Below, in pieces: positions 7,700 through 16,560 of a stretch of 17,360 bases of DNA. The stretch lies in NCBI GenBank assembly GCA_019358935.1, contig JAHHIK010000144.1, positions 1 to 17,360 on the forward strand, read 5' to 3'. The notes under the pieces were generated by a model. It saw only the letters and a list, made by a program, of their open reading frames with translations, made no database searches and had not been told where the DNA came from. Origin of the DNA: Tolypothrix carrinoi HA7290-LM1. Its GTDB lineage: Bacteria; Cyanobacteriota; Cyanobacteriia; Cyanobacteriales; Nostocaceae. The translations under genes were made by a program, and so were the position numbers. Each line of letters begins with the position of its first letter. Position 1 is the stretch's first letter.

Positions 7700-9550
7700 C
7701 TAGGGGGATATGTCTGTCTGGGGTAGTAATAGACTAAATTCGTTCAAATTACGAATTTTGGGCCAGGATTGAAACTGATCCCGACGCTTCACACTTAATC
7801 TCATCAGTCGATCTAACTTACCCTGATCAGTCATCGTCTGAAATTCATTTAAATAAGACTGAATTTGCATTTGGACAACGTTTTTCCACTGATCGTCGCG
7901 AAGATCCCACGTTTTGAGAAACTGTTGTTCAGCAGTACATTGGTCGAAGTTATTTTCATCGCAGGTCGGCTGACCACCAGCGGCGTTTCTGACTTTAGCA
8001 GCAAAGTCGGTCGGGACACTACTAACTCCACTCGTAATCGTACCAGTGGAAATCTGATCAGCATATTTTTGTAGGCTAGATCGCTTTTCAGAGAAGACTG
8101 GATTTTTAAAGTCCACCATCAGTACAGCAGCGATAAATTTCTCGGTCATAATATTTTTAGACCGCATCTCTGCCAGCATAAAAAGGTCTTCTGCCGCTGG
8201 AACTGGTATGAAGAACGAAAAGTGGGTTGAGCCTTTTTGTTCATAAAGCGGAGAACCATCCGGCTTAGTAAAGTCAGACTGAACTAATTTGAAGTTGTGT
8301 GTATTGAGGTAATTGTCATAATCTTGTCGCTTGAAAGCGATCGCTGGAATATTATATGTGAGACCCAATGCTTTTCTAAGTGCTGAATCCCACAGGAAAA
8401 AATCAGAAGGAATACCAGAAATATCCCTGTTTAGTGGGCTAGTATTGGCTCCATTGCTTTGAATCTGAGTTGAAGTCAGATTAACAGTTGTGTTGGTGAT
8501 AATGTGGCGCAACATCTGGTTGACATCGCTAAGTTGAGTGATGTCTCCCTCAGTTTTCAAGCGATCTGTCAACCAATTTTTATAATACATGTGGAAGCCA
8601 TCATTAACAGCCTTCTCCAAATTCTCAGCGCCATTTCTACGCTGAAAGAATGTTTCTTGGGCTACAGCTAATGGCACAACCAGTGGTGAAATTCTTGTCA
8701 ATTGAGAGTGCCAATTGTTCCATGGGATGTCTAGTTCTTTCATAATCACCACACCGTTGTGGTGACAGTCAAAACATCCATGCCCCATACTTGGTTCTGT
8801 TTGTGCCATTGCAGAATCCCCCGCCCAACTCCAAACTTTAGTAGGGGCTGAGGCACTGCTGGTTTCTCCTACTTGTTGTCCAAATTGGTACTTGCTGGTT
8901 CCTCCTACTTGTTCTCGAAATTCGTAAAAGTTGTATTTATTAGCCTTGCCGTTCCATGCGATCACTTGCAGAAAGCTAGAGTTTCCACCGGGTGCTGCAC
9001 TCAGGAAAATTTGATCCTCGGTTATGTTTAGTCCCCAAGTGATAACATAGCGAAGATTACGGGGTTCCTCACGAGAAGCAATCGTAGTTGGAATTTGGCT
9101 GCCTTCCCCAACTAGGAAACTCGCTTGTTGTAGTTGTAGTCCACTACCTGAAATCGCAGTAGAAATGGCATCGACACTATCTGGAAAAGATCCTTTGCGG
9201 AGAATCTCAGTCGCAAATGGATCGTCAAGATTTGTGGTAATATCGTCATCCGTCATGGGTGTGACACATTGATCTATCCCAGCAATGTGACGATAAATTT
9301 TGCCACCAACCACTGGCTCACAGTTTGGCTCTGACATGCTAGAGAAGCGCATTCCTTCAGGACTACCCAAAAACCTGGGGTGAGTTACTCTTAGATAACT
9401 GCGCAATCGGAAATCTCCTGTCGGAAATTGTGCGTGTTCAGCAGCAATCGCATGATTCTGGAATATGTCAGATAGCAGGCATGAGCCGCCTAACAAAAAG
9501 ATGAGTAAAACTAAAAGAGTACCAAATTTTGCGAAACCAAGCCTGGGCAT
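7700..9550 (-). CDS. Exported protein with one CxxCH motif (putative mono-heme c-type cytochrome domain)
   Basis: 616 aa. Basic plus hydrophobic N-terminus (MPRLGFAKFGTLLVLLIFLLGGSC...AIA). GCFDCHHNG followed by MKEL..PWNNW. AGGA RBS. Confidence 0.75.
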   Translation of the reverse strand: MPRLGFAKFGTLLVLLIFLLGGSCLLSDIFQNHAIAAEHAQFPTGDFRLRSYLRVTHPRFLGSPEGMRFSSMSEPNCEPVVGGKIYRHIAGIDQCVTPMTDDDITTNLDDPFATEILRKGSFPDSVDAISTAISGSGLQLQQASFLVGEGSQIPTTIASREEPRNLRYVITWGLNITEDQIFLSAAPGGNSSFLQVIAWNGKANKYNFYEFREQVGGTSKYQFGQQVGETSSASAPTKVWSWAGDSAMAQTEPSMGHGCFDCHHNGVVIMKELDIPWNNWHSQLTRISPLVVPLAVAQETFFQRRNGAENLEKAVNDGFHMYYKNWLTDRLKTEGDITQLSDVNQMLRHIITNTTVNLTSTQIQSNGANTSPLNRDISGIPSDFFLWDSALRKALGLTYNIPAIAFKRQDYDNYLNTHNFKLVQSDFTKPDGSPLYEQKGSTHFSFFIPVPAAEDLFMLAEMRSKNIMTEKFIAAVLMVDFKNPVFSEKRSSLQKYADQISTGTITSGVSSVPTDFAAKVRNAAGGQPTCDENNFDQCTAEQQFLKTWDLRDDQWKNVVQMQIQSYLNEFQTMTDQGKLDRLMRLSVKRRDQFQSWPKIRNLNEFSLLLPQTDISP

Positions 9551-9606
9551 TATTCTTGTTCCTATGAGTAAGAGTAACCTCTTTGCAACAGAATGATTCC
9601 AGTTAT

Positions 9607-9798
9607 AAGACGATTCCAGTGGTCAATTTCTGAATTTTGCGATCGCCTTACAAGCTTTTGTTGCCTAACTCGATGCCTCCTATCAAACCAGCCTCAAACA
9701 CGAAAACCCTTTCCCTGCCTCGTTTACCTCCCCCCTGGATTTTTCCAATCATCTCAATTCTGCTGTACAATCAAGGGATGATTTTGGTTATGAAGTAG
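9607..9798 (-). promoter_or_regulatory. Copy 1 of the 192-bp duplicated upstream region with a candidate ECF promoter
   Basis: About 93% identical to 3814-4005. Overlaps the last codons of the sigma gene. The minus strand ends TTCAGAAATTGACCACTGGAATCGTCTT. Confidence 0.7.
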
Positions 9799-10771
9799 CC
9801 TCCTGTCTTACCCAATTGATGACAGTGTTGTGGCTAACCCCAGTTTCCCGCCCGATCGCTCGATATCCCATCCCATCGGCATACAGCTTGAGGCAATGCT
9901 CCCGCACCTTTGAGGGATAGCGTTTGGAAGAATAGGAATTGATAAACTGGCGATCGCATTTTTTGCAGACGTAATTTTGCTTCCCTTTTTTGTGACCATT
10001 TTTACATATGTGCGTAGACTGACAATAGAGACATTGCATCCCTCGATTGTGCAAAGCTTCACCACCAGCCTTTGCTTGAGTTAAGCAAGTTGGCGGCAAC
10101 CTTTGTTGTATCTCTTTGTTTAAATTAGCCTTTGTTGGTTTCTGCTTTTTTATCGATGGGAGGGGAATTTCTAAGAAGGCAGAATCATCCTCTTCTAAAA
10201 GATACTTGTTCATCTGCTGTTTCAGAATTGCTCGTGCCTGTGAAATCCTTTTATAGACGTTATCTATGGAAATACCGAGTTTTTGGGCAATATCTAGGTA
10301 AGACATATCTTGCTCAAAACGCATAATAAAAGGCGATCGCAGTCGGGGAGGCAGTGCCTTAATAGCACAGCGGATGTTTATTTCTATCTCACTGTCGAGA
10401 ATGGCTGATTCAGATGACTCAACTGGAAACGTTACAACTTCTACTTGCCCAGCTATTTCTTCAAAATTATCTGTCCCTATTGCCCTTCTGCCCGGGTCTC
10501 GGTGTATGTCCATACAAACATTATGAGTAAAGCGCGTCAGCCAAGCTTTAAGATTAGTGATTTTGTCAGCATAGTGGGGTAATTTATCCCAGGCTTTGAG
10601 AGTCGCTTGAGAGAGGGCATCTTGGGCATCTGTAACATTTCCATCCATCCAAGTTAAACAGCAATGATAAAGATAATCTTGGTATGGCATCCATAGTTGC
10701 CAAAAAAAAGTGTAATCTCTTTGAGATAAGCTTTTTAATAGAAACTTTTTATCTGATGGTGATGCTTGCAT
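9788..10771 (-). CDS. ECF-type sigma-70 factor fused to a C-terminal IS1 InsA-like zinc-ribbon + HTH domain
   Basis: Region 2: DAQDALSQATLKAW...KAWLTRFTHNVCMD. Region 4: LPPRLR...SYLDIAQKLGISIDNVYKRISQAR. From 10039: MQCLYC...KNG...GKQNYVCKKCDRQF...GMGYRAIGRETGVSHNTVINWVR. Confidence 0.9.
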   Translation of the reverse strand: MQASPSDKKFLLKSLSQRDYTFFWQLWMPYQDYLYHCCLTWMDGNVTDAQDALSQATLKAWDKLPHYADKITNLKAWLTRFTHNVCMDIHRDPGRRAIGTDNFEEIAGQVEVVTFPVESSESAILDSEIEINIRCAIKALPPRLRSPFIMRFEQDMSYLDIAQKLGISIDNVYKRISQARAILKQQMNKYLLEEDDSAFLEIPLPSIKKQKPTKANLNKEIQQRLPPTCLTQAKAGGEALHNRGMQCLYCQSTHICKNGHKKGKQNYVCKKCDRQFINSYSSKRYPSKVREHCLKLYADGMGYRAIGRETGVSHNTVINWVRQEATS

Positions 10772-10949
10772 GGCGGTTCTGTTGCAAGCAACGCTTTATG
10801 TGATTAGCACTTACTTGCTTTCTTTTTTATATGGGCGCCAGCAAAATTAATTTATGCACCTCTGACTATACTTTTGCAGAAATTGACCCATAAATTAAGC
10901 TCCTGAGCTGACCGATCAAAAAATTGCAACTGTCGGTTTCAGCAGCCAA

Positions 10950-11062
10950 CCTTCAGACTGAAGTCTGAGGCTATACGAACTGAGCTTACCTGCGTGGGCT
11001 TTTAAATACGAAGTCCACCTAGACGGACTTTGTTTGTTTAGCCGCGACTTTAGTCGTCGGGC
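10950..11062. repeat. REP/BIME-like cluster of short palindromes
   Basis: CCTTCAGACTGAAGTCTGAGG, AAGTCC...GGACTT and CGACTTTAGTCG hairpins, in an arrangement typical of cyanobacterial intergenic repeats, just downstream of the TPR gene. Confidence 0.6.
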
Positions 11063-11070
11063 AATAAGTG

Positions 11071-12150
11071 TTATCGATGTTTTGATTGTTTTAGCATTTG
11101 CGTCAGTCTATCTAGCAATAGAACTTCACGCTTGCTGTCTTCCAGTGTCCGCGCTAGTATGATTGCTCTTTCATAAAAATTGCGAGCGGTGGGATAGTTA
11201 CCTAGTTGCTCGTACAATAAAGCATAAGACTCAAAAGATTTTAATTTCTCGCCTAAATTTTCTGATTCTGTAGCCAGTGTTAAACGCTGTTCTAGTAAGT
11301 CGAAAGCGCGTTCATATCTTCCTACAGAACGGTGAGCTGTAACTAAACCGTCAATTGCTCGTAATTCGTTGGTGCGATCGCGTGTAACTTTTGCGATTCG
11401 CAGTGCTGAACCATATGTACCAATAGTATCTTGATAATTGCCGGCAGCTAGGTAAGCATCGCCTAAATTATTCAAGGTATTCGCTTCGGCGATCGCATCC
11501 GGTGTTCGACGCCGGAAAATTAAAGCAGTTTCCAACAGCTTAATTGCTTTGTTATAATCTCCTAGCCTGACTGTCGCTAAACCCAGATTACTTAAAGACA
11601 GTCCTTGTCCTTCAATATTTTTGACTTCGCGGGCTATTGAAGCTGCTTCTGTAAAGGTTTCAGCCGCTGCGGTGAATTCTCCTTTTTGCAGTAGTAACGT
11701 GCCAATGTTATTTAGTCCAAAAATCTGTCCTTGAAAGTCTTGAGTATCACGGGCGATCGCTAACCGACGACGCATTGGATCTTCAGCTTCTTTTAATCGA
11801 TTCAGCTGCACGTAACCTCTACCAATTAAATCGTAAACTAAACCTTGCGCCTTTAAGTCGCCAATCAAATGATAAATATTCAGTGCTTGTAACCAAGACT
11901 CAATTGCTTTATCGGATTTTCCTGAGGCTAATTGTTGTTCACCTTGACGCACCAACATATCAGCCTCGTCTCTTGATTCTCGCGCTGCTGAATGGTTTAA
12001 AGGACGATGGAGTTGTTGAGTAATATCTACCGCACCCGCTGCCATTGGATTCAGCAAAACAGTCAACAGTAAAGATGTGACAGCACAAAATTTAGATTTT
12101 AGCAATAGCCTATCAGAAAAATTATTTAAAAAAAAATGCTTTTGCTTCAT
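11071..12150 (-). CDS. Tetratricopeptide-repeat protein, probably exported
   Basis: Repeated LNNLG/LSNLG...G-x-Y-x-x-A motifs and a hydrophobic N-terminal segment. Start uncertain (ATG 12150 or TTG 12195). Confidence 0.85.
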   Translation of the reverse strand: MKQKHFFLNNFSDRLLLKSKFCAVTSLLLTVLLNPMAAGAVDITQQLHRPLNHSAARESRDEADMLVRQGEQQLASGKSDKAIESWLQALNIYHLIGDLKAQGLVYDLIGRGYVQLNRLKEAEDPMRRRLAIARDTQDFQGQIFGLNNIGTLLLQKGEFTAAAETFTEAASIAREVKNIEGQGLSLSNLGLATVRLGDYNKAIKLLETALIFRRRTPDAIAEANTLNNLGDAYLAAGNYQDTIGTYGSALRIAKVTRDRTNELRAIDGLVTAHRSVGRYERAFDLLEQRLTLATESENLGEKLKSFESYALLYEQLGNYPTARNFYERAIILARTLEDSKREVLLLDRLTQMLKQSKHR

Positions 12151-12233
12151 AAAGATTAGCCGTAAATTTACGGTCTTAAATAAAAGAATTTGCAACCATT
12201 TTTTAGTTTTTTAGAGAACACATAGTATTAGCG

Positions 12234-12875
12234 TTAATACTTAAGTTCCGATTGAGGTAAATCTTCACCCAAGTAGATGGCGCGGACATCAGCAGGTAAT
12301 TTGTCCTCTAGCATAAGATAGCCTTCCTGGAGAAAATTGGCTACTTCTGCTGGAGCGATCGCTTCACCTTCAGCTTGCAGGTAAGCAGCAATGCGAGTTT
12401 CGCTCCAGTGAAAGGTTTGAGCCATTAAAACCATCAATCGCAAAACTGGGGGCATTTGTTCCAAAGCTTGTTCGATATAACACCATAAAGGTGGTGAAGT
12501 TGCTTGCAGAGAATAATGAATTGCTTCTGTGGGTGGTAATTCAAGATCGTTGATACAAAAAGCCGTCATATTGATCAGCCAATTTTGCAAAGTTAAAGTT
12601 TCTTTGCTTGATTCAGGGTTGGTTAAATCAAGTCCACCGAGTTCGTAGTATATATGTCGCCAAGTGAGAGCAAATAGGTAATCTGCTTGTACAGGCGATC
12701 GCGCTGAATGGCGAATTAACGTGTACACTATCGGGCTATAACGGCAAAACATCGCCGTAAAGTATTTTCCAGCTTCCGGATGGGACTGAAATAAATCCAA
12801 AAGTTCCTGATCGCTGTAATGAAACAGCGATTTAACTAGCGGGTGATTAGCTTCGGGGAAATGTGGTATTTGCAC
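12234..12875 (-). CDS. Conserved cyanobacterial sigma-70-like (region 2/4) protein
   Basis: F...RYSPIVY...QADYLFALTW and ALEQMPPVLRLMVLM...WSETRIAAYL resemble degenerate sigma regions 2 and 4. GTG start. Confidence 0.7.
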   Translation of the reverse strand: MQIPHFPEANHPLVKSLFHYSDQELLDLFQSHPEAGKYFTAMFCRYSPIVYTLIRHSARSPVQADYLFALTWRHIYYELGGLDLTNPESSKETLTLQNWLINMTAFCINDLELPPTEAIHYSLQATSPPLWCYIEQALEQMPPVLRLMVLMAQTFHWSETRIAAYLQAEGEAIAPAEVANFLQEGYLMLEDKLPADVRAIYLGEDLPQSELKY

Positions 12876-13095
12876 AATCCAAATAAATGTATGTTGTTAG
12901 AATGAAAGTTATTAGAAATGAATATTTCCTGGTCTACACTTAAATTGTTCATCAAGTGTCGTCTTTACTAATCGCGATCGTCTCTGTTTGTGAGTAACAT
13001 CAAGACTAGTTCGTTATTGATACACTAGAAATACGGACTTTATTTTAGTCTGTACCCTTGAATAATAAAAGCTATTCCTCAATAAAATCCTAGAT

Positions 13096-13701
13096 GTGTT
13101 CATGGTTATAGCAGTTAGTGTGACACCGTTGTTGATTCAACCTTATACTTTAGGCTCTTTCTTGCCTTCCCTGCCGTTAGATAGCTTATTTTCCACCCAA
13201 GGCATTATGGTGATGCTGCTAGCAGCTTACGCCGGTGCCATGTGGATGTTCCTTACCAGTGCGCCAAAAGTACACACCGTTATGGTGTCAGATTTGGAAA
13301 TTGCCCGCCAGTTGTACGAAGGGCTGCTAGATTTGCCAGCAGCAGAAGTACCTTTGCACTACTATTACAACTACGAGCAAAGTATAGGCGCAGCCGGAAT
13401 CGATCCGCTTTACATGTCAGCTAGCCCGACATTTTCCGGCAGCAGAATGATGAATAATGCTAGCGAAGGGCTTTGGTATCAGTTAAAGAAAAACACCCAG
13501 CTACACGTCATTACTGGAGCTAGTTTAGGCAGCAAAAGTCAGCAACGTCACGTTTGCTTTGATCGTGATTGCCTGGATATGATTTTAATGCGTGTGGAAA
13601 TGCGCGGCTTGAAGTTCAAGATTCGCAATCGCAAACCCCTGAATTTTTTGGTTAAGGATTATGAAGGGCGCGTGATTGAATTGGCGGAAGTGGCGAATTA
13701 G
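13096..13701 (+). CDS. Glyoxalase/VOC-like domain protein with an N-terminal membrane segment
   Basis: HTVMVSDLEIARQLYEGLL, WYQL...QLHVI, RHVCF and LVKDYEGRVIELAE are VOC-fold motifs. The true start may be ATG 13102. Confidence 0.85.
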   Translation: MFMVIAVSVTPLLIQPYTLGSFLPSLPLDSLFSTQGIMVMLLAAYAGAMWMFLTSAPKVHTVMVSDLEIARQLYEGLLDLPAAEVPLHYYYNYEQSIGAAGIDPLYMSASPTFSGSRMMNNASEGLWYQLKKNTQLHVITGASLGSKSQQRHVCFDRDCLDMILMRVEMRGLKFKIRNRKPLNFLVKDYEGRVIELAEVAN

Positions 13702-13750
13702 TTATTGGTCATTGGTCATTGGTCATTGGTCATTGGTCATTGGTCATTGG
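13702..13750. repeat. STRR2-type heptamer tandem repeat (TCATTGG)x6 plus one variant
   Basis: Read directly. It is a permutation of TTGGTCA, typical of heterocystous cyanobacteria. Confidence 0.95.
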
Positions 13751-13844
13751 TTATGGTTAATTAAATTCTTGATTGGGTTTACCACGACGAGACCCAATCA
13801 TAATTTTTTTTAGATGCGTGGGCAAAAAACTTGCCTTATCAAGG

Positions 13845-14288
13845 ATGTATAAATCTCACCTATATAAAACAGATTTTTCTGCTTGGACTCAAGAGCAGGT
13901 GAGCTTGCTGACAACTCAACAGTGGGATCAATTAGACACGATCAACCTGATTGAAGAAATTGAAACTTTGGGTAGAAAAGAACGGCAAGAATTAAGAAAT
14001 CGGCTGGGAATCTTGCTGGGACATTTATTGAAATGGCAGTTTGAAGCTGATAAACGTAGCAATAGTTGGTTAGGTACAATTCGAGAGCAACGTATTCAAA
14101 TTAAGCTGCTTTTGTCAGATAGCCCTAGTTTGAAAGCTTACTTAGAGGAAGTTTTTCTCACTGCTTATGAATTAGGTTTAGCTTTTGCGATTCGAGAGAC
14201 GCAATTAGGTGAACAGGTTTTTCCAGAAATATGTCCTTACACTTGGGAGCAAGCGCTGAATTCTGAATTTTTACCAGAATCGAATTGA
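13845..14288 (+). CDS. DUF29 family protein
   Basis: LYKTDFSAW..EQ, LD..NLIEEIETLGRKE, HLLKWQF, SW..TI.EQR, SPSLK, FPEICPY. ATG 13845 preferred to the TTG at 13773. Confidence 0.9.
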   Translation: MYKSHLYKTDFSAWTQEQVSLLTTQQWDQLDTINLIEEIETLGRKERQELRNRLGILLGHLLKWQFEADKRSNSWLGTIREQRIQIKLLLSDSPSLKAYLEEVFLTAYELGLAFAIRETQLGEQVFPEICPYTWEQALNSEFLPESN

Positions 14289-14480
14289 GTTGATGATGGG
14301 GGCGATCGCTTCACGCGGTCAAATTAGAGAAAGTGTCAGTAAGTAGCAAGTAGTTAGGCGATCGCATATCCCCTCTACTCATACAACATTTATTAACATT
14401 CTTGGCAACTTGCGAACAATTTTACACACCTGTGATTTACTCATTATTAGTGTAATGAAGTAAACAGCGTAATACTTGGG

Positions 14481-14579
14481 GAGGGTTGGGTGATTAATGA
14501 TAAAGGGGAAGTAACGCTTATTTCCTCTGCACCTAGCGCTAGTAGTTCGGTGTCTCCTCCTACCTGCGTTCAACAGTAA
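14481..14579 (+). pseudogene. C-terminal remnant of a cyanobacterial filamentous-haemagglutinin-family (TpsA-like) protein
   Basis: EGWVINDKGEVTLISSAPSASSSVSPPTCVQQ* matches the characteristic GWVIN-x-KGEV-x-L...C terminus. No upstream gene body. Confidence 0.65.
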
Positions 14580-14598
14580 AGACGCGAAATTCGCGTCT
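14580..14598. terminator. REP-like hairpin downstream of lysS
   Basis: AGACGCGA-aat-TCGCGTCT. Confidence 0.5.
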
Positions 14599-14612
14599 CT
14601 ACATATTTATAA

Positions 14613-16133
14613 TTAAGTTGCTGATTCAGATTCTGATTTTTCTGGCTTGAGTAACGGGAAAGCGATCGCATCCCGAATACTCGCACAATCAGTTAACAAC
14701 ATCACCAATCTGTCAATCCCAATACCTAAACCACCCGTCGGCGGCATTCCGTATTCCAACGCAGTCAGAAAGTCTTCGTCTACACCTTGCGCTTTTAAGT
14801 CACCGGCGGCTTTGCGTGCAGCTTGTTGTTCCAGGCGATCGCGTTGTTCAATCGGATCGGTTAATTCTGAGAAGCTATTAGCTGTCTCTCTCCCGACGAT
14901 AAATAACTCAAATCGCTCTACCAAACCAGCTTTAGAACGATGCGGCTTTGCCAGTGGCGAAATTTCTACCGGGTAATCAACCACAAACGTAGGCTGAATT
15001 AACTTTTCTTCAACCTTTTGCTCAAAAGCTTCATTTAAAAGTTTGCCAATTGATGAGCAATCTTCTATACCTTCAAGCCCAGCGTTTTTACTTGCAGTTT
15101 TCGCTTCTTCCAAGCTTTGGAAAGCGTTAAAATCCAAACCTGTATGTTCCTTAACTAAATCGTGCATTGTTACCCGACGCCAAGGAGGAGTCAAATCAAT
15201 TGCCGTATCTTGATAAGTAATTTGCAGCGTACCCAGAACCTCTTGAGCGACAGTGGTAATAATTCCCTCCGTCAGCGCCATCATGTCGTTGTAGTCGGCG
15301 TAAGCTTGGTAAACTTCAATTAAGGTAAATTCGGGATTGTGGCGGGTAGAAACTCCTTCATTACGAAAATTCCGCCCTAATTCAAACACCTTTTCAAAAC
15401 CACCGACAATCAACCGCTTGAGATGAAGTTCTGTAGCAATTCGCAGATACAATTCCATTTCCAGCGTGTTGTGATAAGTGACGAAAGGACGCGCATCCGC
15501 ACCGCCGGCTTCACTTAACAATACAGGCGTTTCAATTTCCAGAAAATCCCGTTGTTCTAGGTAGCGACGAATACCCGCAGTAATTTGGGCGCGACGGCGG
15601 AAAGTTTGCCGCACTTCCGGGTTCACAATCAAATCAAGATACCGCTGACGGTAGCGCTTGGCAACATCCGTTAAGCCATGCTGTTTATCAGGCAAGGGTA
15701 ACAGAGATTTGGTCAAAATAGTGTATTGTTTGACGTAAACAGATAACTCGCCCTTTTCAGTCCGTTTGATAGTGCCTTTAACGCCCAAGATGTCGCCGAT
15801 ATCTGTGAGTTTATCGAGTTGTTTGAAAGCATTGTCAACAACATCTGCCATGCCTTCTTCAATGCGTTTTTTCTCTAGATAAAGCTGAATTGTGCCAGTT
15901 TCATCTTGCAAGGTGACGAAGGCTAGTTTACCCATAAAGCGACGTAACTTGATGCGTCCGGCGATCGCTACTTCTAAATCGACTTCTTCACCGTTGGGTA
16001 AATCCGCATATTTTTCTTGCAATTCAGCCGCATGATGGGTAGATTCCCAACGATAGGCGTAGGGATTCATACCTAGTTGCTTTAGCTGTTCTACTTTTTC
16101 TAGCCGCGTGGCACGAATATCTTCTTCAGACAT
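14613..16133 (-). CDS. lysS: Lysine--tRNA ligase (class II)
   Basis: OB-fold N-terminus, [61 protein letters not shown] 16133 (MSEEDIR) preferred to the TTG at 16157. Confidence 0.98.
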   Translation of the reverse strand: MSEEDIRATRLEKVEQLKQLGMNPYAYRWESTHHAAELQEKYADLPNGEEVDLEVAIAGRIKLRRFMGKLAFVTLQDETGTIQLYLEKKRIEEGMADVVDNAFKQLDKLTDIGDILGVKGTIKRTEKGELSVYVKQYTILTKSLLPLPDKQHGLTDVAKRYRQRYLDLIVNPEVRQTFRRRAQITAGIRRYLEQRDFLEIETPVLLSEAGGADARPFVTYHNTLEMELYLRIATELHLKRLIVGGFEKVFELGRNFRNEGVSTRHNPEFTLIEVYQAYADYNDMMALTEGIITTVAQEVLGTLQITYQDTAIDLTPPWRRVTMHDLVKEHTGLDFNAFQSLEEAKTASKNAGLEGIEDCSSIGKLLNEAFEQKVEEKLIQPTFVVDYPVEISPLAKPHRSKAGLVERFELFIVGRETANSFSELTDPIEQRDRLEQQAARKAAGDLKAQGVDEDFLTALEYGMPPTGGLGIGIDRLVMLLTDCASIRDAIAFPLLKPEKSESESAT

Positions 16134-16191
16134 GGTTAACGAACTTTCATAGGGCAAGATTAATTATAGATGCTGTCATGAAGTGGCGCGA

Positions 16192-16389
16192 TTACCCGCA
16201 ATCTTCACACTCAGATTTTACATCGCCATCAAATACGACTAAAAACTTGCCGTCGGGAATTAAGCGCCGAATAACGTGCAAATAACCATCGGCATTTGAT
16301 TGTGTGCGGAAACGAGCCACAACAACTCGTTGCATATCAGAAAGCAAACGCACAACTAACCACCTATTGAGGTCATCTCGATAGGGCAT
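16192..16389 (-). CDS. Small cyanobacterial hypothetical protein (65 aa)
   Basis: ATG with a GGAG RBS. The pattern W-x-x-VRLL..MQR.VVARFR....A..YL...RRLIP is one I recall from multi-copy small Nostocales proteins. Confidence 0.7.
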   Translation of the reverse strand: MPYRDDLNRWLVVRLLSDMQRVVVARFRTQSNADGYLHVIRRLIPDGKFLVVFDGDVKSECEDCG

Positions 16390-16400
16390 AATAGATTAGT

Positions 16401-16460
16401 CTCCATTGAGTTTGGAGCAACAGCCAGTGCCGAACTTTCCACGGGACGCACTGGCTTTTT
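16401..16460. promoter_or_regulatory. Structured leader of the 65-aa gene: RBS-occluding hairpin plus a plus-strand terminator-like hairpin
   Basis: CTCCA-ttgagtt-TGGAG (16401-16417). AGCCAGTGC-N17-GCACTGGCT followed by TTTT (16422-16460). Confidence 0.55.
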
Positions 16461-16560
16461 GCTGTAATCAAATCTTATCAGAAATTTGGTTAAAAGTGAA
16501 ACTCATATTTACAAAATTGAAACAAATTAGCTTCATAAGTTAAATATTTTGAAACAAAAG

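Noticed and set aside
9788..10039. Active IS1 element
   Set aside because: No InsB/DDE frame, slippery site or terminal inverted repeats are seen, and the domain is in frame with the sigma factor.
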